A stretch of 64,000 nt of DNA. Origin: an uncultured Nitrososphaeraceae archaeon (GTDB taxonomy: Archaea > Thermoproteota > Nitrososphaeria > Nitrososphaerales > Nitrososphaeraceae). Below the pieces are notes generated by a model. That model worked only from the letters and a program-made list of their open reading frames with translations. It was not told the DNA's origin and did not search any database. The stretch lies in NCBI GenBank assembly GCA_963779615.1, contig CAVZZA010000004.1, positions 128,001 to 192,000 of the forward strand, written 5' to 3'. Made by a program: the position numbers and the translations under genes. Position 1 is the first letter of the stretch. Each line of letters begins with the position of its first letter. Positions 52,480 to 62,780 of this stretch are shown here, one piece after another.

Positions 52480-52594
52480 TAATAAAGTTCAATACTATGC
52501 ATATATTAATTGGATTGGATTACTGGAAATTAATTAAAACTACTTGATATCTATAAACATCATTTAATTTCATAAAAGTGCTTTTTTTAAAAAA

Positions 52595-52669
52595 TGCCGG
52601 AGGCGGGATTTGAGCCCGCGACCTTTCGATTATGAGTCGAACGCTCTGACCAGGCTGAGCTACCCCGGC
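52595..52669 (-). tRNA. tRNA-Met(CAT), elongator type
   Basis: GCCGGGGTAGCTCAGCCTGGTCAGAGCGTTCGACTCATAATCGAAAGGTCGCGGGCTCAAATCCCGCCTCCGGCA folds as a cloverleaf; anticodon CAT; G1-C72; no intron; CCA not encoded. Confidence 0.93.
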
Positions 52670-53077
52670 AAGCCCAGCACTGATTTAATTAAGCAATTGA
52701 ACTAAAATACATATACAATATATAATCTATTCAAATTCAAATGTTATTTTCAACCTCTCAAAAACTCTGGTAAACATTGATCAAGCGTATTCTGTCTATG
52801 TGTGTTTTAGAGATGACTCTATCGGTGGCTAAATTTATAACATACTATATATCTCAATAATCCCACCCATCTTCACCATCAAAAGGAGAAAGAAAACATA
52901 AATTTTATAAATGGTCATTGATGATTTACACAGCCATATTTCAGATATATCCAAACAACTGACTGACCCATTGTATGAATGATAATACAAAAATAAATAA
53001 ATAAAAAACCTTTCAATTTCTTGAAATGAAATATCTATACAACAAGTTATAATGCATATTTATAGACACAAAAGAAA

Positions 53078-53893
53078 TCAGATGAAATTGTATTCGCATA
53101 ATATTCCAGACTTATCTCTGTATTTGAACCCAAACTCTGATAATTTTTGTAATTGATTTTCGTCAAATATTGTCCCATCGTAACATACCAACATGTCGTT
53201 TATGCAACAACTAGAGCATATCCCAATTCCGCATTTCATGTACCTTTCAAGACTGGCCTGAATGGGAATTTTTTTTTCAACTGCTATGTCAAATATTTTC
53301 TTCATCATCAGCTCTGGTCCGCAGGTATAAATCATATCAAAATTATCGCGCCCCTCTGACAGGGTGTCCAGCAATATGTCTACCGGATATCCTTTTTTCC
53401 CAAATGACCCATCTTCTGTCGAGATTAGTATTGTATGCGTCTTGTTGTTCTTCTTTAGCATTCTTTCAATAAGATCAGTGAAAAAAATTTCGGATTTGGT
53501 TTTGGAGCCAATTATTATTGTTATTTTTATATTGTTATTTTTTATTGTACTTAGTAGTCTGACAAGGGGAACCAAACCGGTGCCGCCACCTACCAAAATT
53601 ACTTTCTCATAGTCTTCTTTTAGGCTAAAAGAGTTGCCATAAGGCCCCCTGATTCCCAGCATACCGCCTTTTTTCAAGTCAAACAATGCTGTTGAACCAT
53701 AGCCGTGCTTTCTGACAGTAATTGCTGCATAGTTTTTTTTCTCAGATACCATGATGCTAAAAGGGAGCTCCTCTGTTCTTGGTACCCAAACCATCAAGAA
53801 CTGGCCCGGTTTGGCCAAATTGCTAAACGTGTCTTTAAAGAATAACGTTTTTACTGTTGGCGTCTCTTGTACTATATCCTCAATTGTTACCAT
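53078..53893 (-). CDS. pyrK: dihydroorotate dehydrogenase electron transfer subunit
   Basis: PGQFLM, RGPYG, GGGTG, CGPELMM, ERYMKCGIGICSSC. Confidence 0.93.
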   Translation of the reverse strand: MVTIEDIVQETPTVKTLFFKDTFSNLAKPGQFLMVWVPRTEELPFSIMVSEKKNYAAITVRKHGYGSTALFDLKKGGMLGIRGPYGNSFSLKEDYEKVILVGGGTGLVPLVRLLSTIKNNNIKITIIIGSKTKSEIFFTDLIERMLKKNNKTHTILISTEDGSFGKKGYPVDILLDTLSEGRDNFDMIYTCGPELMMKKIFDIAVEKKIPIQASLERYMKCGIGICSSCCINDMLVCYDGTIFDENQLQKLSEFGFKYRDKSGILCEYNFI

Positions 53894-53903
53894 TCTAATA
53901 GAA

Positions 53904-54812
53904 TTAATATCTTTGAGCAGTTCCTGTCAACTCCGAAACATCTCTATAGTTTTTTGATTCAAGATATTTATGCAATCCCCTTAAAATCTTGTTAAAAGAG
54001 CTTAGGCCTTCAAAACCCAAAACAGTGCCAATCTGTACTGCAGAAGCGCCAGCCATCATGTACTCTACCACATCTTTATAGGATAAAATGCCCCCGCAAC
54101 CAATTATTGGAATTTCGATGTTTTTTTTCAATTCATAAACACATCGCACACCAATGGGCTTTATTGATGCGCCTGATAATCCCCCAACCTTATTCTCAAG
54201 GACGGGAAAGCCAGTTTCTGTATCAATTTTCATTGCCCGTATGGTGTTAATTGCCGTTATGCCGTCCGCACCGGCGTCCTGGGCCACTTTGGCGGTGTTT
54301 ATTATGTTGGAGTTTCCAATCCCTACTTTTACAAACAGGGGCTTTGATGAATTGTTTTTAATGCTTTTCACAATGTCATACACAGCTTTTGGGTCATCGC
54401 CTATCTCCATACCCATCTTCTCAACGTGGGGACATGAAAGGTTCAATTCAAAACCCAAAATATTCATGTTTTTTAACTTGTTGACCATTTCGGGAAACTC
54501 CGCAGGTTTTGACCCCACAATGCTGACAATCAATGGAATTTCATTATGTGAGATTTCTTTGGAAAAATATTCCAAGCCTGGGTTGGCCAAGCCAACCGCG
54601 TTTATATAGCTATTTGCATTTATTGGTATGATGGTTGGGTTTCTGTATCCTTCTCTGGGCAGGAGGCTTATTGATTTACTTACAATCGCACCTGCACCTA
54701 ATTTGTGCAGCCTGTTGAAAATATTTTGAGATAGGCCCAAAAAACCTGAAGCAACAATAATGGGGTTTTTAAAATCAATTCCAGCGATTTTTATCGGCAT
54801 AGCACCATCCAA
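53904..54812 (-). CDS. pyrD: dihydroorotate dehydrogenase family 1B catalytic subunit
   Basis: NPIIVASG, NAVGLANPG, ELNLSCPH, INT, GGLSG, AVQIGT. Confidence 0.95.
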   Translation of the reverse strand: MDGAMPIKIAGIDFKNPIIVASGFLGLSQNIFNRLHKLGAGAIVSKSISLLPREGYRNPTIIPINANSYINAVGLANPGLEYFSKEISHNEIPLIVSIVGSKPAEFPEMVNKLKNMNILGFELNLSCPHVEKMGMEIGDDPKAVYDIVKSIKNNSSKPLFVKVGIGNSNIINTAKVAQDAGADGITAINTIRAMKIDTETGFPVLENKVGGLSGASIKPIGVRCVYELKKNIEIPIIGCGGILSYKDVVEYMMAGASAVQIGTVLGFEGLSSFNKILRGLHKYLESKNYRDVSELTGTAQRY

Positions 54813-54958
54813 GGCTTTTTAATTATTTTTGTTTCCATCCATACAAAAAGTTTATGATTTTGATCAACAATTGCTAAGGAAAAACAAAGAATACTTAAAA
54901 CCTGTATGATGTGACAATAATAGTTTTATATTGTTAAAATGATTAATTTTTACAGCAA

Positions 54959-56698
54959 ATGTCCTCCTCCATTTCAGTTACTTCTGAAAAAAAAATATCG
55001 TCATCCAGTTCCAGCAATAATGGCATAAAGTGGAACACTTTAATTCATAATGGAGTGTGTTTCCCTCCTGAATATCAGTTAAAAGCATTGGACTTTAAAA
55101 TAAACGGGGAAACATTTTTGTTAAATGGCGAGCAGGAGGAGCTCATTTACTCATGGGCAAAAAAGAAAGACACGCACTACATCGATGATCCAATTTTCCA
55201 AAGAAACTTCTTGGTTGACCTAAAAAAATTACTTCCTGGTGACATGGCTTCTTCTTTGACAAATATTGGCCAAATTGACTTTAGCAAATTTTTTGTTTTT
55301 GTGGATACAGAAAAAAGGGAAAGGGAAAGGGAAAGGGAAAGGTTAAAGAATTTAACACTAGAGAATAGGAAAAAAATTTTTATGGAGAAAAAAGCCGAAA
55401 GGGAAAGGTTAAAGAATTTTTATGGGAAGGCAATTGTTGACGGTGTCGAAGTAGATGTTGCAAATTGGCTTGTGGAGCCCCCTGGATTATTCATGGGTCG
55501 TGGACAACATCCGCTTAGAGGCAGATGGAAACCCAGGGTAAAACCAAGTGATGTTATTTTAAACTTGGGTGAGGATGCGCCTGCCCCAGAGGGTCCCTGG
55601 CAAAATATTGTTCATGATCATAGCTCCACATGGCTGGCATCTTGGATCGAAACCCTAACGGGAAAAAGAAAGTATGTTTGGCTTCATGATTCATCCCTTA
55701 TCCGGCAGAACTACGATAAGGCAAAATATGATAAGGCAAAGAATTTGGAAAAGTACATCATAAAAATTCAAAATGAGGTAATAAAAAGAATGTCGTCAAG
55801 GGACATCAATCAAAAGAAAATAGCAACAGTTTGCTATTTGATATTTAAATTGGCCATGAGGGTAGGTGACGAAAAGGATCCGGATGAGGCAGATACCGTT
55901 GGAGCCTCAACCCTAAGAGTTGAGCACATAAATTTTGTTAAAGATAAATTTGGAAAAAATGCCATCGAGTTTAATTTTTTGGGCAAGGATAGCGTGCCAT
56001 GGCAAAAAAAAATTGAATTAAAGTCCAAGGACACCGAAACACTCTACAGCAACCTGAAATTATTTATGAAAAACAAGTCAAATTCATCGCTAATTTTCAA
56101 CAATATAAACTCAATGAAAGTCAATGCTTTCCTTAGAAACATTGACCCAAAAAACGTTCCCGGACTCACGGCAAAAGTTTTCAGAACCTATATTGCAACA
56201 ACAGTTGTAAAACAGGTTTTAGCGGACCCGTCATGGAAGGTTTATCCAAGCTCTTCTGAATCAAAAAAAATTTATGCCGCAAAATACGCAAACTTGCAGG
56301 CAGCCATTACCTGCAATCATAAAAAGGGAATTGACCAAAAAAACCCGGCAAGTAGGATGGCCTTTGAAAAATACGAACAGTCCATAGTGAACAAAACCAA
56401 TGCAATACAGTCATTAAGAGATGAAATTTTGTCAAAAAAATGGAAAACAGAAAAGCAAAAAATAAAAATGGAGGAAAGGCTGGAAAGGCTGGAATCCCAG
56501 TTAAGACTTCACAAGGAAACTAGGGACTACAACCTGGGAACATCCCTGAGAAATTACATCGATCCGAGAGTGTTCAAAGCGTGGATGAGTTACATGAATT
56601 TGGATTGGGCAAGAATATACACCTCAACACTGCAAAGAAAATTCTTGTGGGTGGATAATATTTCCAAAAAGGAATTAAGTTCCTTCCTTCCAAAGTGA
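54959..56698 (+). CDS. DNA topoisomerase IB (eukaryote-like, thaumarchaeal)
   Basis: WNTLIHNG, EPPGLFMGRG.HP, AMRVG, ADTVG, FLGKDS, AKVFRTY, CNH, LGTSLRNYIDPR (catalytic Tyr). Confidence 0.95.
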   Translation: MSSSISVTSEKKISSSSSSNNGIKWNTLIHNGVCFPPEYQLKALDFKINGETFLLNGEQEELIYSWAKKKDTHYIDDPIFQRNFLVDLKKLLPGDMASSLTNIGQIDFSKFFVFVDTEKRERERERERLKNLTLENRKKIFMEKKAERERLKNFYGKAIVDGVEVDVANWLVEPPGLFMGRGQHPLRGRWKPRVKPSDVILNLGEDAPAPEGPWQNIVHDHSSTWLASWIETLTGKRKYVWLHDSSLIRQNYDKAKYDKAKNLEKYIIKIQNEVIKRMSSRDINQKKIATVCYLIFKLAMRVGDEKDPDEADTVGASTLRVEHINFVKDKFGKNAIEFNFLGKDSVPWQKKIELKSKDTETLYSNLKLFMKNKSNSSLIFNNINSMKVNAFLRNIDPKNVPGLTAKVFRTYIATTVVKQVLADPSWKVYPSSSESKKIYAAKYANLQAAITCNHKKGIDQKNPASRMAFEKYEQSIVNKTNAIQSLRDEILSKKWKTEKQKIKMEERLERLESQLRLHKETRDYNLGTSLRNYIDPRVFKAWMSYMNLDWARIYTSTLQRKFLWVDNISKKELSSFLPK

Positions 56699-56776
56699 TA
56701 CAATAACATCTGTATCACAAACATCGTAACAGGGATAAAGAGTGACATATAAAATACTAACCAAACAATAACATAT

Positions 56777-57229
56777 ATGGCAGAAAAAAAACACAGGAAT
56801 CCCATCCCAACAATTGACGCGATAATCCATAACCACAAAAATCAGATTTTATTGATAAAAAGAGGAAATGATCCTTTTAAGGATCACCTGTCATTGCCTG
56901 GAGGGTTTGTTAATTATGGGGAAAAAGTGGAAGACGCACTCAAAAGGGAGGTAAAGGAGGAAGCGTCCCTAAGTGTTGAGCCTTTGGAAATTTTGGGTGT
57001 CTATTCAGAACCCGATAGAGATCCCCGTGGGCATATTATGAGTATTGTTTTCATTTGTTTGACGGTAGATGACTTAGATGGAAAAGCTGGAGATGACGCA
57101 AAAGAAATGCATTGGATAAACCTAACTGAATTTGAGAACCATAATTTGGCATTTGATCACAAAAAAATTCTTCAAGACTATGTGAAGTGGAGACACCACA
57201 ATTCAACCTACTGGTCTTCAAAAAAATGA
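56777..57229 (+). CDS. NUDIX hydrolase
   Basis: LPGGFVNYGEKVEDALKREVKEEA Nudix box; RDPRGH, AGDDA. Confidence 0.92.
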   Translation: MAEKKHRNPIPTIDAIIHNHKNQILLIKRGNDPFKDHLSLPGGFVNYGEKVEDALKREVKEEASLSVEPLEILGVYSEPDRDPRGHIMSIVFICLTVDDLDGKAGDDAKEMHWINLTEFENHNLAFDHKKILQDYVKWRHHNSTYWSSKK

Positions 57230-57241
57230 CTTGTTGTTTGG

Positions 57242-57565
57242 TTAACTATTCACATCAAAATTTCGGATTGTAGAGATAGTTTTTTCAGTTAATTTGATTG
57301 TAAAGGCAGAGGCATTGTCTGATTGGATTTTTGAAAGATTCTCTAGAAAGGCAGTTTTGTCTTTTCCACGCTCATACATGCCACCTGACTCTTTTATGCA
57401 AAGAGGGAACCTTTGAATTTTTATGTTATTTGAAAACAAATGACCAATAAACTTTAAATAATTTTTTATCTCTGAATACTCCCATTTTTTTTCATCACAC
57501 AGCATTATCCAAACGTCAATAGAGTTTTGGAAAAATGCCTTGTCTCTTAATTCTTCTAAGCTCAA
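57242..57565 (-). CDS. conserved hypothetical protein
   Basis: 107-aa ORF downstream of purF; LEELRDKAFFQNSIDVW...FPLCIKESGG. Confidence 0.7.
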   Translation of the reverse strand: MSLEELRDKAFFQNSIDVWIMLCDEKKWEYSEIKNYLKFIGHLFSNNIKIQRFPLCIKESGGMYERGKDKTAFLENLSKIQSDNASAFTIKLTEKTISTIRNFDVNS

Positions 57566-57601
57566 TACACCACTGTTATAGTTGTTTAGGGAATTTAAAT
57601 T

Positions 57602-59050
57602 TTAGTTGACAAAAATTGAATCTTTGATTTGGTATTTTGTTTCAAAGTTTGGCTTTATTCCAAGGGATGAATAATCCCCTGTTGAACATGAAAAACACAG
57701 TTCTTTTTCCTTCAAACCTATCCCCAATGCTAGATTTTCGGTATCATTGTAAATCACTTCATCAGCACCTATTATTTTTGCTACGTTTTCTCCCACTTTT
57801 TTGCTGGACTTTTCATTTTTTGCAAATTGAAAAGCTAAAAGTTCCTCCTGTGAAGGAAAATCAATTCCTGCATAACATGGATATCTTATGGGTGGATAGG
57901 TTATTACCATCGTTATTTTCCTTGCGCCTGCATTCCTAATTGATTTGATTATAGATTCAGAGCTGGTTCCCCTAACGATGCTATCATCAATCACTATAAC
58001 ATGTTTATTGAATACGATTTCTTTTATAGGGAGTATGCTTTGGTTTATCTCAATCCGATCTTCAGCATACGGTTCGATAAAACTCCTCATCGATCCCTTT
58101 TTGCTGTATCTGTCTTTCAATAGCCCCTCCTCAAAAGGCAAACCTATTTTCAATGCAAAACCCAAAGCTGCGGGCCTTGAGGAATCAGGGACAGGGATCA
58201 CCACGTCTGCATCCTTCACGGGGTATTTCATCGCCAGGTATTCGCCAATTCTTTTTCTTGCCATGTAAATATTGATTCCTTCCATAATGGAACTTGGGTG
58301 AGCAAAATAGGTAAACTCAAAGGAACAGTGAGCATGCTGGATTTGTTTGGAAAATCTGTCTGAAGTAATTCCATCTTTGTTAATTTTTAACAGCTCTCCT
58401 GGTTCAACATCCCTCAGCAAAACAGCCCCAATCGAGGACAAGGCACAGGACTCAGATGAAACAACATATGTCTGAGTATCCCTATGATGGCCTAACACTA
58501 GAGGTCTGAACCCTCTCGGGTCCCTTGCTGCAAAAATTGTGTTATCATCCGTTAAAAATGTAAAACAATACGAACCCGCCATCTCATTTTTTAAAATACT
58601 CATTGCTTTTACCATATCGGTATTTTCCTTCAAGTGAGTAACAAGTCTTTTAGCTGCAATTAAGGTATCAGTCGTATTTAGAGGTGAAAACGAACATCCA
58701 CCAACCATATTCGAAAGCTGTTCTGCATTTGTTATTGTTCCATTATGAGCAACGCATAAATCCCTAATTTTCAAAGGTTGGGCATTTTTTAAGGAACTGG
58801 AGCCAGATGTGGAGTAGCGCACATGGCCTATGGCAATGTTGGAGCAAAATTTTTCAACTATTCTGCCAAATTCGTGGGCAGATTTGGAAAGCAACCCTGT
58901 TTTTTTTAACGGCGCTTTATTGGGGACTGCTATGCCCCATGACTCCTGTCCCCTGTGCTGTAGTGCTCTTAAACTGTCTATCAAATAGGGAATTACATTA
59001 CATCCACCAAGAGAAAAAATGCCAACTACTCCACAATTTTCATGGACCAT
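57602..59050 (-). CDS. purF: amidophosphoribosyltransferase
   Basis: ENCGVVG, LQHRGQES, GHVRYST, AHNG, RPLVLG, PVPDS, IDDSIVRG. Confidence 0.95.
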   Translation of the reverse strand: MVHENCGVVGIFSLGGCNVIPYLIDSLRALQHRGQESWGIAVPNKAPLKKTGLLSKSAHEFGRIVEKFCSNIAIGHVRYSTSGSSSLKNAQPLKIRDLCVAHNGTITNAEQLSNMVGGCSFSPLNTTDTLIAAKRLVTHLKENTDMVKAMSILKNEMAGSYCFTFLTDDNTIFAARDPRGFRPLVLGHHRDTQTYVVSSESCALSSIGAVLLRDVEPGELLKINKDGITSDRFSKQIQHAHCSFEFTYFAHPSSIMEGINIYMARKRIGEYLAMKYPVKDADVVIPVPDSSRPAALGFALKIGLPFEEGLLKDRYSKKGSMRSFIEPYAEDRIEINQSILPIKEIVFNKHVIVIDDSIVRGTSSESIIKSIRNAGARKITMVITYPPIRYPCYAGIDFPSQEELLAFQFAKNEKSSKKVGENVAKIIGADEVIYNDTENLALGIGLKEKELCFSCSTGDYSSLGIKPNFETKYQIKDSIFVN

Positions 59051-59125
59051 TAGATAAGATTATGTTTGTTTGCTATTTATTTGATATTAAGCTATTAATC
59101 TTGCCTCACGGTAGATTTTAGGTTG

Positions 59126-61329
59126 TTAATTAATCCTATTTGTGTTTTTTTCCAAAATGCTCAAAATCGGGTCTTCGTATTTTTTAATCAATTCGGGAAT
59201 GGGAATGTTAAAAATTATACTATCATTGGATTTCAAAATGAAGTTTTTCTCGTCCGTAACCGTGCCAATGTTGGCAAATGGAATTTTTTGCCCCGATAAA
59301 AAATCTTTGATTTTGTCCGGGTGTTTGGTTGAGAGTATAAACCTGTTGTGGGTCTCTGAAAATAAAATATGATCCACTCTTTTGCATGTGTTGGGCATTT
59401 TATTTATATCAACAATAATGCCTAAATCGCTCTGGACAGACATTTCCACTAGAGCGATTACAATACCCCCTTTCGAACAATCATGAACGGCAGAAACCCA
59501 TCTTGTTTTTAGCATTGTTTTGACAGTATCAAAAACTTTTTTCTGATCTGCTAAATTTATAGCCGGCACTTTCCCCCCTACAGTTTTATGATAATGTTCA
59601 TAATATTCAGAACCCCCCAACTCATCATTCGTCATACCTATGATGAAAATTTGATCATCTTTTTGAAGTATCGGGGATCTGATGAATTTTTTATTTTCTA
59701 TCAAGCCTATTGTTCCAATCACCGGTGATGGTTTGATAGGTCCGCTTTTAGTTTCGTTGTAGAGACTTACTTTTCCACCCACTACTGGAATTTTCATATA
59801 GTTGCAGAAATCTCTAATGGCTTTTACACTTTCTAAAAATGTCCAAAAAATCTGTTCATTTTCTGGATTTCCAAACTGCAAATGGTCCACTATGCCTATA
59901 GGTTCTGCTCCAACACAAATTGAGTTGCGAACAGACTCTGCAAGACAACCCAATGTCCCCTGGTATGGATCAATGTAACAATGTTTTGAATTGCCATCCA
60001 GGTTGAATGTGATAAACCTTCCATTCTCTAGTTTTAACACCGAACTGTCCGAAAAACCAGGTTTTGATACCGTTCTTATCCCCACTTCATAGTCAAATTG
60101 CTGATAAACCCATTTTTTGCTACTCAAGCTTGGGTCAGATATCATTGACAAAATAGAGTCTTGTAAATTTTTTGGTACATTTGGTTCAATAAAGGACTTG
60201 TTGATATCATCCAAATAAAGCGGTTTTTCAGACGGTCTGTCCAACAATGGAGCATGCGCAATTAATTTAGATGGCATTTTTGCTACAACTTTCCCATTAT
60301 TTCTAATTATTAAATTCTTGTTATTGTTCACTTTCCCAATGACAGAGTATTTTATATTGTATTCATCAAATATCCTAAATAGCTTAATCTTTTTTTTATT
60401 ACTGGTAACATACAACATTCTTTCTTGGGACTCTGATATCATTATTTCAGTATCAGTGATATCATGATGCTTTAGATGCACATTTGATATCTCTATTTCA
60501 AATCCCTTCTCTAGGCTGTCTGCAGTTTCAGACAAACAACACGACAATCCTCCCCCACCAAGGTCTTTCAAAGCCTTTATGCATTTCTTATCAATGGCTT
60601 CCATAGTGGCTTCTAGCAGTGTCTTCTCTAAAAATGGATCAGGAATCTGAACTGCCGAACGGTTTTCTTCATCCAAATTAGAGGAGGCAAAAGAGGCCCC
60701 GTGTATCCCATCCTTTCCGGTAGGGTTCCCTGCTAGAATTATTATGTCCCCTTTCCTTGCCTTGTTTTTAATCAGCTTGCCTTTTTTCCCATATCCTATT
60801 GAGGCAACATCCACTAAACAATAATTATCAAAAGAGCTATCAAACTCTACCTCGCCTCCCACAGTTGGAACTCCTATACAATTTCCATAATCAGCTATTC
60901 CCCTTACAACATTCTTCAAAAGCCATTGATTTTTTTTACTTGACGATAAATTACTATTGTTGATATTCCCAAATCTCAAAGCATCCAAAAGTGCTATAGG
61001 GCGTGTTCCCATTGAAAGAATGTCCCTAAGTACCCCCCGACCCCAGTAGCGGCACCGCCATGAGGCTCAACCGCTGAAGGGTGATTGTGACTTTCAATAT
61101 GAACTGTAATAACATACCCATTTCCAACATCAATAACTCCTGCATCATATCCTGGCCCTTTGATTACTCTATTCCCTTCTGTAGGGAACGTTCTTAAGTG
61201 TATTTTTGAAGATTTATAGGAACAATGCTCTGACCATTCCGCATTTACAATGTGTTGTTCCAATTCATTTGGGTGACGGCCTAAATTTTCTTTTAAAAAA
61301 TTGTATTCTGATGCATTTAAAATGTCCAT
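59126..61329 (-). CDS. purL: FGAM synthase subunit PurL, split by a 1-bp frameshift at 61033-61038
   Basis: N-part has [10 protein letters not shown] and [17 protein letters not shown]; C-part has [36 protein letters not shown]; one extra base restores [11 protein letters not shown]. Confidence 0.92.
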
Positions 61330-61344
61330 GTTATTCCCTAATGT

Positions 61345-62034
61345 TTAAACAGTTTTAATATAATTAATAAGCGATTTAAATATAAATATCGCATTTGTTG
61401 AATAGCCACTTGGAACCAGATCGATGTCGCTTGCGCGTTCAGGGTGGGGCATCATGCCCATTATGTTTCCTTTAGCATTACATATGGCTGCTATGTCATC
61501 TATTGAGCCATTTGGATTACACCCTTCGTCATATTTCATGGTTATCTGATTATTGTTTTCGATATCTGTATATGATTGTTTATCGACAAAGTATTTTCCC
61601 TCTCCATGAGCTATTGGGATTGAAATTTTTTGGTTTTGTTTATATAGGTTTGTAAAGGGGGTTTTATTGTTAGTAACGAGAACTTTTATCCACCTGCAAA
61701 TAAATTTTAAGGATTTATTGGGTATTAAGGCGCCTGGTAGCAAGCCAGCCTCAACCAAAATTTGAAAACCATTGCATATGCCTAAAATTGGTAAACCGTC
61801 TAAAGCCATTTCTTTTATGTCATCCATTAAAGGACTATGGGCTGCAATTGCCCCAGCCCTTAACCTATCACCATAAGTAAAACCACCCGGAATAACAATT
61901 GCATCAAAATTTTTAATTTTATCCTTATCCCTGATATAATCAATGTTGACTTTTAGCTTTTTTTTGAAAATGTTATAGACATCCCGATCACAATTGCTTC
62001 CTGGAAAAACGGTAATACCTATCTTTACCAACAA
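61345..62034 (-). CDS. purQ: FGAM synthase glutaminase subunit PurQ
   Basis: FPGSNCD, PGGFTYGD, GICNGFQ, AHGEG, MMPHPER. Confidence 0.96.
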   Translation of the reverse strand: MLVKIGITVFPGSNCDRDVYNIFKKKLKVNIDYIRDKDKIKNFDAIVIPGGFTYGDRLRAGAIAAHSPLMDDIKEMALDGLPILGICNGFQILVEAGLLPGALIPNKSLKFICRWIKVLVTNNKTPFTNLYKQNQKISIPIAHGEGKYFVDKQSYTDIENNNQITMKYDEGCNPNGSIDDIAAICNAKGNIMGMMPHPERASDIDLVPSGYSTNAIFIFKSLINYIKTV

Positions 62035-62097
62035 TGTGTTTTGTTATTTATATAATAAAATCCTACTCTTTCATTCAATAGTGAAAAAATCAAAATA

Positions 62098-62484
62098 TTA
62101 TTGTTTGATTAGAACCGCATTGATAATCCCATCCTGTCCTGGTCGGGAAATAACTTTGGCTAACCCGATTTCTGTTTCCAACACAGCTCCCTTGGTAATT
62201 ACACCTCTTCTTTCATAATCTTTATTTGCGGGATTTTTTGTTACCCTTATAATTTTTGATTTTACAGTTTTTTTATTGTCTTTGTCATTGATGTTTGCGT
62301 ATTCGGATGTCTTAAATGCGACTTTGACATTATTACCCCTTACCCGTCTGACCACATTTTTTGTAGTTCCTGCAACTGGTTCGTTGGGGTATCGGTCAAT
62401 TTCATATTTTTTTCGGGTCCTATTTGGAATTATTCTCCCGCCTGTGAATTTTCGGCCACCCAAACTCTCTATAGATTTACGCAC
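62098..62484 (-). CDS. rps8e: 30S ribosomal protein S8e
   Basis: RKFTGG, RVRGNN, NPAN..YERRGVITKG, SRPGQDG. Confidence 0.96.
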   Translation of the reverse strand: MRKSIESLGGRKFTGGRIIPNRTRKKYEIDRYPNEPVAGTTKNVVRRVRGNNVKVAFKTSEYANINDKDNKKTVKSKIIRVTKNPANKDYERRGVITKGAVLETEIGLAKVISRPGQDGIINAVLIKQ

Positions 62485-62607
62485 AATGAAAATTTAACAA
62501 AACGATAATTAAGTGTTTTTCTTTAACTTTTTTGTTTTTCACATGTGTGCAAAGAATGACCCAAGGCACTACAAGCATTGCAAACATACGCATTACTTGT
62601 TATTACA

Positions 62608-62743
62608 TGCTTTGTTGCATGATTATTGCAAATCGTTTTTTGTTAGCGCTTTGGTTATTATCCAGAGTAACTAGTCATACTTTGATAAGGATTGCCAGGA
62701 AAGTGGCATGTTTTACCTGTATTTCGAATCATGCAACAAAGCA
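62608..62743. mobile_element. MITE: 136 bp, 17-bp perfect TIRs, 9-bp target-site duplication
   Basis: TGCTTTGTTGCATGATT (62608-62624) and AATCATGCAACAAAGCA (62727-62743); GTTATTACA on both flanks (62599-62607, 62744-62752). Confidence 0.9.
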
Positions 62744-62780
62744 GTTATTACACAAAAAGTCAATTTTGTTAAGAATTTTT

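Noticed and set aside
52595-52669. tRNA-Ile2(CAU) or initiator tRNA, and tRNA as an integration site
   Set aside because: The GCCGGGG acceptor stem with G1-C72 fits elongator Met; no integrase or duplicated tRNA 3' end was seen.
52915-52970. Possible C/D box sRNA near tRNA-Met
   Set aside because: Weak boxes, no C' box, no identifiable target.
26145-54609. Long antisense ORFs (26145-26516, 28143-28559, 34218-34694, 47681-48067, 54154-54609)
   Set aside because: Shadow frames of well-supported genes on the opposite strand.
54959-56698. Topoisomerase IB as a novelty or a phage recombinase
   Set aside because: Established hallmark of Thaumarchaeota; housekeeping context.
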